Assembly: GCA_964510585.1 (NCBI GenBank)
Contig: CAZECW010000016.1
Location: 1 to 10,698, forward strand
Reading direction: 5' to 3'
DNA: 10,698 bases
Source: an uncultured archaeon
Lineage (GTDB): Archaea; Asgardarchaeota; Jordiarchaeia; Jordiarchaeales; Jordiarchaeaceae
The notes under the pieces were generated by a model. It saw only the letters and a program-made list of their open reading frames with translations. It was not told the origin of the DNA and ran no database searches. How positions within the stretch are numbered: the first letter of the stretch is position 1; every line of letters begins with the position of its first letter. This document shows, piece by piece, positions 1 through 6,754 of this stretch. A program made the position numbers and the translations under genes.

Positions 1-136
1 GGGATGGAACCTGGTCTGAGATGAGGACTATTAGGGGGGTGTTTCCCAGGCTGTATAGGGTGAATCTTCTCACGTCGAGCAGTTTTACTGCGTATTTGTA
101 GGGCACAGGCTTCCTACGCATAACTGCCTTACCCAT
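1..136 (-). CDS. Hypothetical protein, 5' portion only (runs off the window start): MGKAVMRRKPVPYKYAVKLLDVRRFTLYSLGNTPLIVLISDQVPS...
   Basis: ATG at 136-134 with an in-frame stop shortly upstream (154-152); the frame stays open to the window edge; divergent from the tRNA. Family not recognised. Confidence 0.5.
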   Translation of the reverse strand, partial: MGKAVMRRKPVPYKYAVKLLDVRRFTLYSLGNTPLIVLISDQVPS

Positions 137-202
137 AGCATAAGTATAATACTACCCAAAAATAGAAGAATTTTTGGACGTGCTCAATCAGACCACTAAT
201 AA

Positions 203-222
203 TAAAAGTAACCTTTTTATAG
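203..222 (+). promoter_or_regulatory. Probable BRE/TATA promoter of tRNA-Pro
   Basis: Purine-rich TAAAAGTA followed by TTTTTATA (214-221), about 40 nt upstream of the tRNA 5' end. Confidence 0.4.
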
Positions 223-274
223 ACTTCAAATAGAATAAAAATACACAACGAAAAACATTGGGAAGGTGGTCTAG

Positions 275-294
275 AGCTACCCACTAGCGGAAAA
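275..294 (+). other. tRNA intron 1 (20 nt), D-loop position 15/16, relaxed BHB
   Basis: Bulge AG|A (273-275); intron helix GCTA/TAGC (276-279/285-288); imperfect central helix GTCT/GGAA (3 of 4 pairs); second bulge AA|C (293-295). Excision restores a normal D-loop AGCTTGGTA. Confidence 0.72.
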
Positions 295-328
295 CTTGGT
301 ATGATTCCTGACTTGGGCTCAGGAGGTC

Positions 329-355
329 AAACACATAACCTTATGTGTTCCTTAA
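329..355 (+). other. tRNA intron 2 (27 nt), position 48/49 (variable loop/T-stem junction), BHB
   Basis: Central helix GAGG(323-326)/CCTT(350-353); bulge TC|A (327-329); intron helix AACACATA/TATGTGTT; bulge AA|A (354-356). Excision joins AGGTC to the AGGGG T-stem. Confidence 0.85.
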
Positions 356-420
356 AGGGGTTCAAATCCTCTCCTTCCCACCAATTAGAAATTTAATTTT
401 TCGATTCAATTTTTCTGTTC

Positions 421-1071
421 GTGGTTGAAATGTTGGTTATTGATGGTGAGGTTCGGGTTAGGTTTCCTGACTTGAATGCAAAAGTTGCTGTTGTGGATGG
501 GGTTCGGGTGAAGGGGGAGGATGCCGGGCTTGAGGAGTTTAAAGGGAAGGTTTTTGCAGAGGTAAGGATGAGGTATGATCTTGATGGTTTGAAAAATGAT
601 GAGAGGATGCGCAAGTACCGGGACTTTTTTTGGAGGATTGGAATAGATCCCACGAAAATTCGTCCTGCTTCCGAGGCTTTGATTAGGAGGGTTCTTCAGG
701 GGAAGCCTCTTCCGAAAATAAATTCTGCTGTTGATGCTTATAATCTGGCTTCGATGATTAGTGGTGTGCCTCTAGCGGCGTTTGATATGGATACTATTGT
801 TGGTAAGTTGTATATGAGGTTTTCTAGGAGAGGTGAATTGTTTTTGGGTATAGGCATGGAGGCTCCTAAGAGCCTTAATGGCGGGGAGATAGTGGTTTCT
901 GATGATGTTAAGCTTGTGGCAATTTATCCTTATAGGGATTCTAAGGACACCAAAATAACTCTGAAAACAAAGAAAATAATTGTTATGGCATGTGGAGTTC
1001 CTGGGATAAGCGATAATGATTTAGATCAGGCTCTGGGATATGCTGTTGAATATATTCGGAGATTCTGTTAA
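421..1071 (+). CDS. Free-standing B3/B4-domain protein (PheRS beta-subunit editing-domain-like); start may be ATG 430
   Basis: Motifs YRDFFWRIGIDPTKIRPASEALIRRV, INSAVDAYNLAS, AFDMD and YPYRDSKDTKI are typical of stand-alone B3/4 proteins. Confidence 0.9.
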   Translation: MVEMLVIDGEVRVRFPDLNAKVAVVDGVRVKGEDAGLEEFKGKVFAEVRMRYDLDGLKNDERMRKYRDFFWRIGIDPTKIRPASEALIRRVLQGKPLPKINSAVDAYNLASMISGVPLAAFDMDTIVGKLYMRFSRRGELFLGIGMEAPKSLNGGEIVVSDDVKLVAIYPYRDSKDTKITLKTKKIIVMACGVPGISDNDLDQALGYAVEYIRRFC

Positions 1072-1118
1072 GAAAAATAGTTATATTAAGAATTCGTAAT
1101 TAACATGGTGAATTCTCT

Positions 1119-1655
1119 ATGAAGGTAACCGCCCTTGTAGGAAGTCCTAGGAAGAGGGGTAATACTGACGTGCTGATTGATAAAATTCTTGAGGGGGCGA
1201 GCCAAGTTGGAGCTCTTACTAGTAAACTCTACCTGTATGATTTGACACTATTGCCGTGTGCGGATTGTAGAAAATGTTACAAGACTTTGGAATGCGCAGA
1301 AAATGATGATATGCAAAAGGTTTACAAAGAGTTAGAGAGTGGCGATGTAATAGTGTTTGGTACACCTCTCTATTGGAATACTATGACTGCCAAGATGAAA
1401 CTGCTGGTTGATCGGCTTAGGCCCTATACCTTGAATAATAAACTTAGAGGGAAGAAGGCTGTTCTAGTTGTTCCAAGCGATGAAGGAGAAGAAGCTTGCG
1501 TAGATTTAATAAAACTTTTCGCCAGTATTATAGATACCTTAGGAATGCAATTTGTACATATTCTTTGTGTAAAGGCACACGAGAAAGGTGAAGTGAAAAA
1601 CCAACCCCAATCGCTTGAAAAAGCTTACAAGATTGGAGAGTCGATTGGCAAATAA
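1119..1655 (+). CDS. Iron-sulfur flavoprotein (Isf-like) / flavodoxin-family FMN reductase
   Basis: N-terminal GSPRKRGNT FMN-binding loop, compact Cx2Cx2Cx5C cluster motif (CADCRKCYKTLEC), DVIVFGTPLYW; GGTGA RBS-like element upstream. Confidence 0.9.
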   Translation: MKVTALVGSPRKRGNTDVLIDKILEGASQVGALTSKLYLYDLTLLPCADCRKCYKTLECAENDDMQKVYKELESGDVIVFGTPLYWNTMTAKMKLLVDRLRPYTLNNKLRGKKAVLVVPSDEGEEACVDLIKLFASIIDTLGMQFVHILCVKAHEKGEVKNQPQSLEKAYKIGESIGK

Positions 1656-1665
1656 TTCCCATACC

Positions 1666-1672
1666 TTTTTTT
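1666..1672 (+). terminator. Possible oligo-T terminator after the Isf gene
   Basis: T7 tract 11 nt after the stop codon; archaeal terminators are often oligo-U. Confidence 0.35.
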
Positions 1673-2093
1673 AAACTAATTAAACAATCTAGGATTTTTG
1701 TGATTAGTATTTTTTGCTCCATTAAGTAGTTTCATATTCTAATTTAAATGGGGGGCTTTTGAGGGGCAAAAATATTGTTCTTTGCTCCGGTAGAGATCGA
1801 AGAAGCTTTTTGGACTGTGGGAATTATGAATGTAAAAAGTTTCCTAATGTTGCTTTTAAGTAGAATGAGGTTCAAGGGACAGCGTGTCCAGAAGGGATAG
1901 AAATTTAACATATGGAAATGTTTGGTCAAGAATTGTAAAGTTTTAGGGTTTTAGGGATAGAATATACTGGATTTGGGTAGTCTCTGATCTTTGTCTTTTT
2001 TGGATGGCATGGGAGAGATGCGGAGTTTTTGAGATATTACTATACTTTAAATTCAGTGTGTACAAAATGAAAAATGTATGCAATAGGTGGTGA

Positions 2094-2445
2094 TTGGAAT
2101 TGACGAGCTTCGAAAAATTATTCACTCGTTTGAAGGAGGTTCTTGAGGATCAGAATCTTTACGAGATTTGGCCTGATTTTGAGAGTAAATTTGATGAGAA
2201 TGAATATTTTCGGATAGAGATTGGCGAAAATTTGCCTGTTTTGATGATTCACTGCGCTTCCTGTGAGGGGCCACACAGCTCCTAGCTAGGCTGGGTCAGT
2301 CGATCCGAGACATCCTCGGTGTAGGGAGTGCATTGAGTATAGAGAAGAAAAGGCTAAAAAGGAGTATCAAAATAAGTATGGGTTATTGGACCCTTGGAAG
2401 GCCGTAGCTTTGTGCAGAATTTACGAGTTTCCAATAAAGGTATAA
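2094..2445 (+). CDS. Small Cys-rich hypothetical protein, two exons: join(2094..2274,2300..2445), 108 aa (106 aa if the start is TTG 2100)
   Basis: GGTGGTGA RBS upstream. Exon 1 frame ends ...IHCASCEGP then hits TAG 2283. The +1 frame encodes DPRHPRCRECIEYREEKAKKEYQNKYGLLDPWKAVALCRIYEFPIKV* (stop 2443-2445). Removing the 25-nt BHB intron gives a continuous ...CASCEGPLDPRHPRCREC... Confidence 0.8.
2275..2299 (+). other. Candidate BHB intron (25 nt) in a protein-coding gene
   Basis: Central helix GGCC(2269-2272)/GGTC(2294-2297); bulge AC|A (2273-2275); intron helix CAGC(2276-2279)/GCTG(2290-2293); bulge AG|T (2298-2300); outer pair G2268-C2301. Canonical cleavage after the second bulge nucleotide removes 25 nt, deleting the stop and correcting the frame. 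Confidence 0.8.
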
Positions 2446-2554
2446 TAAAAATATATTTGTGCGTCCCTTTTAGAGCAAGAACTTAAATGTGGATATGTAA
2501 ACTGCACCACATCTTAGGGATAAATCCTTATTTTATGAATGGAAAGGTGGTCAG

Positions 2555-2986
2555 TTACTTTTCTGTCTTTTGCTCTAAGATGTATTTGTCGTATACTTGT
2601 CTTATCCTATCCGCTAATGGTCCTTCTCCTTCGACTCCGTCTTCGGTTACTCTCACCTTCTTTAGGACAAGTATTATCCGGCTATCTTCAAAAAATTCTA
2701 CTTCGCCTGGGGGGAAAATTTTTTGTAGCTCATGGTAGAGCCCCTTTATGTCAAATGGTTCCTCGGCTTTTACTATTTCATTTATTTTCTCGCCCCGTAT
2801 GAATATGCGATGATAGAAGTTTCCTTGGTTATCTTTAGCTTCCGCTAGGACTATGCTGAGAGTATTTCTATCAAACCCTTTAAGTATGCCTGTGTAAGAT
2901 TTTCCAATATCTGTGTTAACTTCAATACGTGATCCAAGAAGAGCTGAGAGCTCCTTGAAAAATTCACCTATTGCAATGCTGCTCAA
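2555..2986 (-). CDS. Lsm/Sm-like RNA-binding protein with C-terminal extension (SmAP3-type)
   Basis: Sm1 (LLGSRIEVNTDIGKSYTGILKGFD...LSIVLAEA) and Sm2 (RIFIRGEKI) motifs plus ~70 extra C-terminal residues; TTG start with GGAGG RBS (complement of 2995-2999). Confidence 0.87.
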   Translation of the reverse strand: MSSIAIGEFFKELSALLGSRIEVNTDIGKSYTGILKGFDRNTLSIVLAEAKDNQGNFYHRIFIRGEKINEIVKAEEPFDIKGLYHELQKIFPPGEVEFFEDSRIILVLKKVRVTEDGVEGEGPLADRIRQVYDKYILEQKTEK

Positions 2987-3368
2987 TTATACATCCTCCA
3001 TAACTATTTTTGATCTGCTAAGTTAAGAGTTAATACATATTAGACTATAAATTAATTTGGATTATGTATAAAAAAGTCTTTGGTGTGTTTCTGTTTCATC
3101 AGTTTATTTCGACTAGCTGGCACCCTGACTATGGGTTAACGTTTTCTTCTGATAAGAGTCTTTTAAGAAGCTTTTTTGGGGAAAAGAGGAGAAAATAGGG
3201 TGTAGGGAAGAATCATTTGTAAAATGAATCCTCTAGTTGGAGAGGTTCCCCGTTATGCCATTAATTCTAGAAAGTCTATTTTTTGGATTTAGTAACTATG
3301 CTAAATTGGGTTCTGAAAAGTAAGTTTTATGCATAAAAAGCTTGTATTAACTGAATCGTATTAGTAAT

Positions 3369-3610
3369 TATGAAAATGTTTTTCATGGGAAGGTTCATAT
3401 GCTAACGTGGTTCAGATAAAGTATGAAAAAAGCTATTTCATGGGAACCCGTATACGCTTACGCGTTTCAGACAAATTATGAAATAAGTTTTTCATGGGAA
3501 CCCGTATACGCTTAAAGCGTCTTAGACAAAGTATGAAAAATGTTTTTCATGGTAAACCACCATACGCTTACGCGTTTTAGACAAATTATGAAAAATGTTT
3601 TTCATGGGAA
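3369..3610. repeat. Tandem array of ~55-bp units (4 full + 1 partial), each built of short dyads
   Basis: Units start at 3369, 3422, 3477, 3532 and 3587 (spacing 53, 55, 55, 55). Consensus approximately TATGAAAAATGTTTTTCATGGGAACCCGTATACGCTTACGCGTTTTAGACAAA(T/G). Unit length is not a multiple of 3. Confidence 0.95.
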
Positions 3611-3674
3611 TATGGGTGAGGAAATTGGGGTTAACTTTTAAAACCCGAATTTTGTAACGTATCTAACTGTTAAA

Positions 3675-3694
3675 GAGCAAAATGTTTTTATACG
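3675..3694 (+). promoter_or_regulatory. Possible BRE/TATA promoter of the ribosomal protein operon
   Basis: GAGCAAAATG followed by TTTTTATAC, about 50 nt upstream of rpl22; a second TTTTAAAA lies near 3636-3643. Confidence 0.35.
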
Positions 3695-3741
3695 TATCTT
3701 AATTTGGTAATAACTCACATAAAATAAAGTTTATAGGACGT

Positions 3742-4224
3742 GTGCAGATGCCCAACTTTGGATATTCAGTGTTTGGACTGGATCCTGCGCGTACTGCGAA
3801 GGCCAGTGGGCGTGATCTTAGAATTTCACCAAAACATGCACGTGAGATTTGTCATAGTATAAAAGGAAAGATGCTATACGAAGCCAAGGAGTTTCTAGAA
3901 GCCGTCATAGACATGAAGCAGATGGTTCCCTATAAGAGGCATAATAAACTTAGAGCGCACCATAAGGGTCTTCACAAATGGCATAGTGGTGGCTATCCGG
4001 TAAAGGCAGCTCGCGCCATATTAAAAGTTCTTGATAATGTTGAGGCTACCGCTACCTACAAAGGTATGGATGCTGATAGTTTACGCATAATTCATGCAGC
4101 AGCCCAACGTGGACGCATAATTAAGCGGGCTATGCCGCGTGCTTTTGGAAGATCCTCAGCAAAATATAGAAATTTAACCCATGTGGAAATTGTTGTCGAA
4201 GAAGAAAGGATATCTGCGGAGTAA
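3742..4224 (+). CDS. rpl22: 50S ribosomal protein uL22 (archaeal L22); start may be ATG 3748
   Basis: AKASGRDLRISPKHAREIC, GGYPVKAARAIL, PRAFGRSS...LTHVEIVVEE. Confidence 0.97.
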   Translation: MQMPNFGYSVFGLDPARTAKASGRDLRISPKHAREICHSIKGKMLYEAKEFLEAVIDMKQMVPYKRHNKLRAHHKGLHKWHSGGYPVKAARAILKVLDNVEATATYKGMDADSLRIIHAAAQRGRIIKRAMPRAFGRSSAKYRNLTHVEIVVEEERISAE

Positions 4225-4245
4225 AGAAACGGAAGGAGTGTATAA

Positions 4246-4899
4246 ATGCCAGCAAAGGATCAATTTATTGAAAAGGGAATAAGAAGGGCCGAAATAGATG
4301 ACTATTTAGCTGAGGAGCTCAAGAAGGCAGGTTACGAAAAGGTTGATATCCAAAAAACCGCACTTGGAACTAGAGTAATAATTTATGCAGCGCGCCCAGG
4401 TTTAGTTATTGGAAAAAGGGGACGCACTGTGAGGGATCTTACTGAAGCTTTGGAAACTAGATTTGGGCTGGATAATCCCCAGATTGAAGTCAACGAGATT
4501 GAAACTCCAGAGCTTAGTGCCCGTGTGATGGCGTCGCGTTTAGCATCTGCACTTGAGAGGGGGATTCACTTTAGGAGGGCTGCGTATTCTATTATGAGGA
4601 GAGTTATGGCGGCTGGTGCAAAGGGCGTCGAAATAAAGATTAGTGGAAAACTCACAAGCCAACGTGCAAAATATCAAAAGTTCAGAGACGGATTTGTCTC
4701 AAAAACAGGAGAGCCTGCAGTTCAATTCGTCGATGATGCCGTGGCTCACTCTCTGAGTAAGCCGGGAATAACCGGAGTGCATGTTAAGATAATGCTTCCT
4801 AATGCGCGCCTCCCTGATGACATAGAAATCTTGGAGCCAGAGTCCCAAGATGTCAGTCTAAAAGAGGAAAAGGAAGGGGGGGAGAAAGAGGAGGCTTAA
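4246..4899 (+). CDS. rps3: 30S ribosomal protein uS3
   Basis: KH domain (IIYAARPGLVIGKRG), GIHFRRAAY, GVEIKISGKL. Confidence 0.97.
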   Translation: MPAKDQFIEKGIRRAEIDDYLAEELKKAGYEKVDIQKTALGTRVIIYAARPGLVIGKRGRTVRDLTEALETRFGLDNPQIEVNEIETPELSARVMASRLASALERGIHFRRAAYSIMRRVMAAGAKGVEIKISGKLTSQRAKYQKFRDGFVSKTGEPAVQFVDDAVAHSLSKPGITGVHVKIMLPNARLPDDIEILEPESQDVSLKEEKEGGEKEEA

Positions 4900-4931
4900 A
4901 GACCACCTAAAATGAAAGTTGGGAGAAGGTT

Positions 4932-5150
4932 ATGCCTATAGTTAGAATAAAGGATATAAGAAAATGGAATATGGAAGAGATGGAAAAAAAATTGGAAGAG
5001 TATAGATCAGAGCTATTAGAACAGAGGGCTTTACAAGCCTCAGGCGGGGCTATTGAAAATCCCGGCAGAATTAAAGAAATTAGAAAAACAATAGCAAGAA
5101 TTCTTACTGTCATTAATGAACGTAAAAAAGGTTCTAAAACAGAAGAATAG
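4932..5150 (+). CDS. rpl29: 50S ribosomal protein uL29
   Basis: ENPGRIKEIRKTIARILTVINE; conserved operon position. Confidence 0.95.
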   Translation: MPIVRIKDIRKWNMEEMEKKLEEYRSELLEQRALQASGGAIENPGRIKEIRKTIARILTVINERKKGSKTEE

Positions 5151-5186
5151 CTACTGTTATAAATGTAACACGTTAAACAAAAAAAT

Positions 5187-5504
5187 ATGAAACTTACTAG
5201 AAATAGAATGAAAATAACTAAGGAAAACATAATATGCCATGAATTAATAGGGTTGCCAGTCAAAGTCACTAAAAGTGCACATAAAGGTTACCTAATAAGC
5301 GGAACGGTGATAGATGAAACAAAGAATATGATTATAATTGAAGGTAATGGAATCAAAAAAATTCCGAAAAATGTGTCCACATTTGAATTCACATCCCCCA
5401 ATGGTGTTAAAGTAGAGGTTGAAGGCAAAGAAATAATCGGACGACCTGAAGATCGCATTAAAAATGTTTATAAAATTAAAAAAATACGCAAATCTTTTAA
5501 ATAG
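5187..5504 (+). CDS. rnp1: RNase P protein component 1 (Rpp29/Pop4); likely start ATG 5208
   Basis: ITKENIICHELIGLPVKV, GTVIDETKNM, KIPKNVSTFEF, IIGRPEDRIK. Confidence 0.93.
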   Translation: MKLTRNRMKITKENIICHELIGLPVKVTKSAHKGYLISGTVIDETKNMIIIEGNGIKKIPKNVSTFEFTSPNGVKVEVEGKEIIGRPEDRIKNVYKIKKIRKSFK

Positions 5505-5603
5505 TCTCGAAAAATTTGTTCACCTGTAAAAGAAACAAATGTTAAACTATTATGTTATTTATGATGCTACAAAAAAGAGAATTCCGAATAGAGAGGAACA
5601 ATA

Positions 5604-5933
5604 ATGACTAGAAATATTGGAGTCGAAGTTACTCCCCCCAAAACTAAATGTGAGGATAAACTTTGCCCCTTCCACGGGAACTTGCCAGTCCGTGGAAGGA
5701 TATTTGAGGGCGTAGTCACAAGCAATAAGATGGAAAATACAGCAATAGTTAGACGTGATTATCTTTGGTATGTTAAAAAATATAAGAGATATGAACGTAG
5801 ACACTCGTTAACTCCTGCTCATAATCCTCCCTGTATCGATGCTCAGGTCGGGGATTTGGTTAAAATTATGGAGTGTCGTCGATTAAGTAAAACAGTAGCA
5901 TTTGTAATTATAGAAAAAAAGAAGGGAAAATAA
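5604..5933 (+). CDS. rps17: 30S ribosomal protein uS17
   Basis: RNIGVEV.PP...CEDKLCPFHGNLPVRGR, KRYERRHS...AHNPPCI. Confidence 0.97.
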   Translation: MTRNIGVEVTPPKTKCEDKLCPFHGNLPVRGRIFEGVVTSNKMENTAIVRRDYLWYVKKYKRYERRHSLTPAHNPPCIDAQVGDLVKIMECRRLSKTVAFVIIEKKKGK

Positions 5934-6359
5934 ATGCCTAAAAGAGGTCGCGGGAAAGTAGGTGCATTATTTATTCCAAAAATGTCCAGAGGACTAAATG
6001 TGGGTGCCAAGGTAGCGTGTACCGACAACTCTGGTGCAAAAATAGTGGAGATAGTCTCGGTAATTGGGTATAAGGGGCGACTTAATAGACTGGCTTCCGC
6101 AACAGTTGGAGACATGGCAGTGGTTTCGGTAAAGTCTGGAACTCCCGAAATGCGGAGGCAAGTGCTAAGAGCAATAATTGTGAGACAGAAGAAACCTTTC
6201 CGTAGACCTAACGGTTACTGGATCCAATTCGAAGATAACGCAGCTGTGATAACTAATCCAGAAGGGCAGCCTAAGGGAACAGAAATTAGAGGACCGATTG
6301 CAAAAGAAGCTGCTGAACGTTGGTCACGATTGGCTAGCGTTGCAACAACCATTATTTAA
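5934..6359 (+). CDS. rpl14: 50S ribosomal protein uL14
   Basis: [19 protein letters not shown]...[25 protein letters not shown]. Confidence 0.97.
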   Translation: MPKRGRGKVGALFIPKMSRGLNVGAKVACTDNSGAKIVEIVSVIGYKGRLNRLASATVGDMAVVSVKSGTPEMRRQVLRAIIVRQKKPFRRPNGYWIQFEDNAAVITNPEGQPKGTEIRGPIAKEAAERWSRLASVATTII

Positions 6360-6377
6360 ATTTTAGGAAGTAGGACT

Positions 6378-6752
6378 ATGAAATCGACAAAACCCAGAAC
6401 TCAAAGAAAAAGAATGTATACAGCGCCGTTACATAGGAGAAGAAAAATGATTAGTGCAGCCTTAACTCCGGATTTGAAAGCTAAATACGGGATAAGATCT
6501 ATGCCTATTCGTAAAGGAGACGAAGTTGTGGTTATAACTGGTTCATTCTCTGGTTTGGAAGGTAAAGTGGAAAAAGTGGACACCAAAAACTACGTTTTAC
6601 ATGTGGAAAATGCCACTGTAGAAAAGGCTGATGGTACCACAGTATTTTATCCCATACATCCTTCTAATGTGATGATTGGCAAACTTAAACTCGACGACAA
6701 AAGGCGAAAAGAGATTATTAAGAGAAAAACGGGAGCTGCGGAGGTCGATTAA
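6378..6752 (+). CDS. rpl24: 50S ribosomal protein uL24
   Basis: KPRTQRKRMYTAPLHRRRK, KOW motif PIRKGDEVVVITG, IHPSNVMI. Confidence 0.97.
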   Translation: MKSTKPRTQRKRMYTAPLHRRRKMISAALTPDLKAKYGIRSMPIRKGDEVVVITGSFSGLEGKVEKVDTKNYVLHVENATVEKADGTTVFYPIHPSNVMIGKLKLDDKRRKEIIKRKTGAAEVD

Positions 6753-6754
6753 CT

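Larger units (their letters stand above)
260..383 (+). tRNA. tRNA-Pro (anticodon UGG) with two introns and an encoded CCA
   Basis: Acceptor stem GGGAAGG(260-266)/CCTTCCC(373-379), discriminator A380, CCA 381-383. Anticodon arm CCTGA-CT[TGG]GC-TCAGG (307-323). T arm AGGGG-TTCAAAT-CCTCT (356-372). Removing 275-294 and 329-355 gives a 77-nt cloverleaf: GGGAAGGTGGTCTAG|CTTGGTATGATTCCTGACTTGGGCTCAGGAGGTC|AGGGGTTCAAATCCTCTCCTTCCCACCA. Confidence 0.93.

Noticed and set aside
1060-1085. Possible further intron or readthrough at the abrupt RFC* end of the B3/B4 gene
   Set aside because: No BHB geometry found around the stop, the downstream frame closes at once, and the domain appears essentially complete.
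1741-1908. Short Cys-containing frame (LCSGRDRRSFLDCGNYECKKF) as a gene remnant
   Set aside because: No good start or RBS, an internal stop, and no BHB motif that I could find to repair it; too little evidence to call.
2281-2290. CCTAGCTAGG palindrome as an IS CTAG target-duplication scar, or TAG 2283 as a pyrrolysine/readthrough codon
   Set aside because: Removing one CTAG, or any single base of TAGCTAG, still leaves an in-frame TAG, and readthrough alone cannot reach the +1-frame exon 2. The BHB excision fixes both problems in one step.
3064-3198. 44-aa ORF MYKKVFGV...
   Set aside because: No RBS, no recognisable motif; likely chance in an intergenic region.
3369-3610. CRISPR array (24-nt palindromic 'repeat' plus ~31-nt 'spacers')
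   Set aside because: The would-be spacers are homologous to one another (ATACGCTTA..GCGT..AGACAAA), so this is a tandem repeat; no cas genes are in the window.
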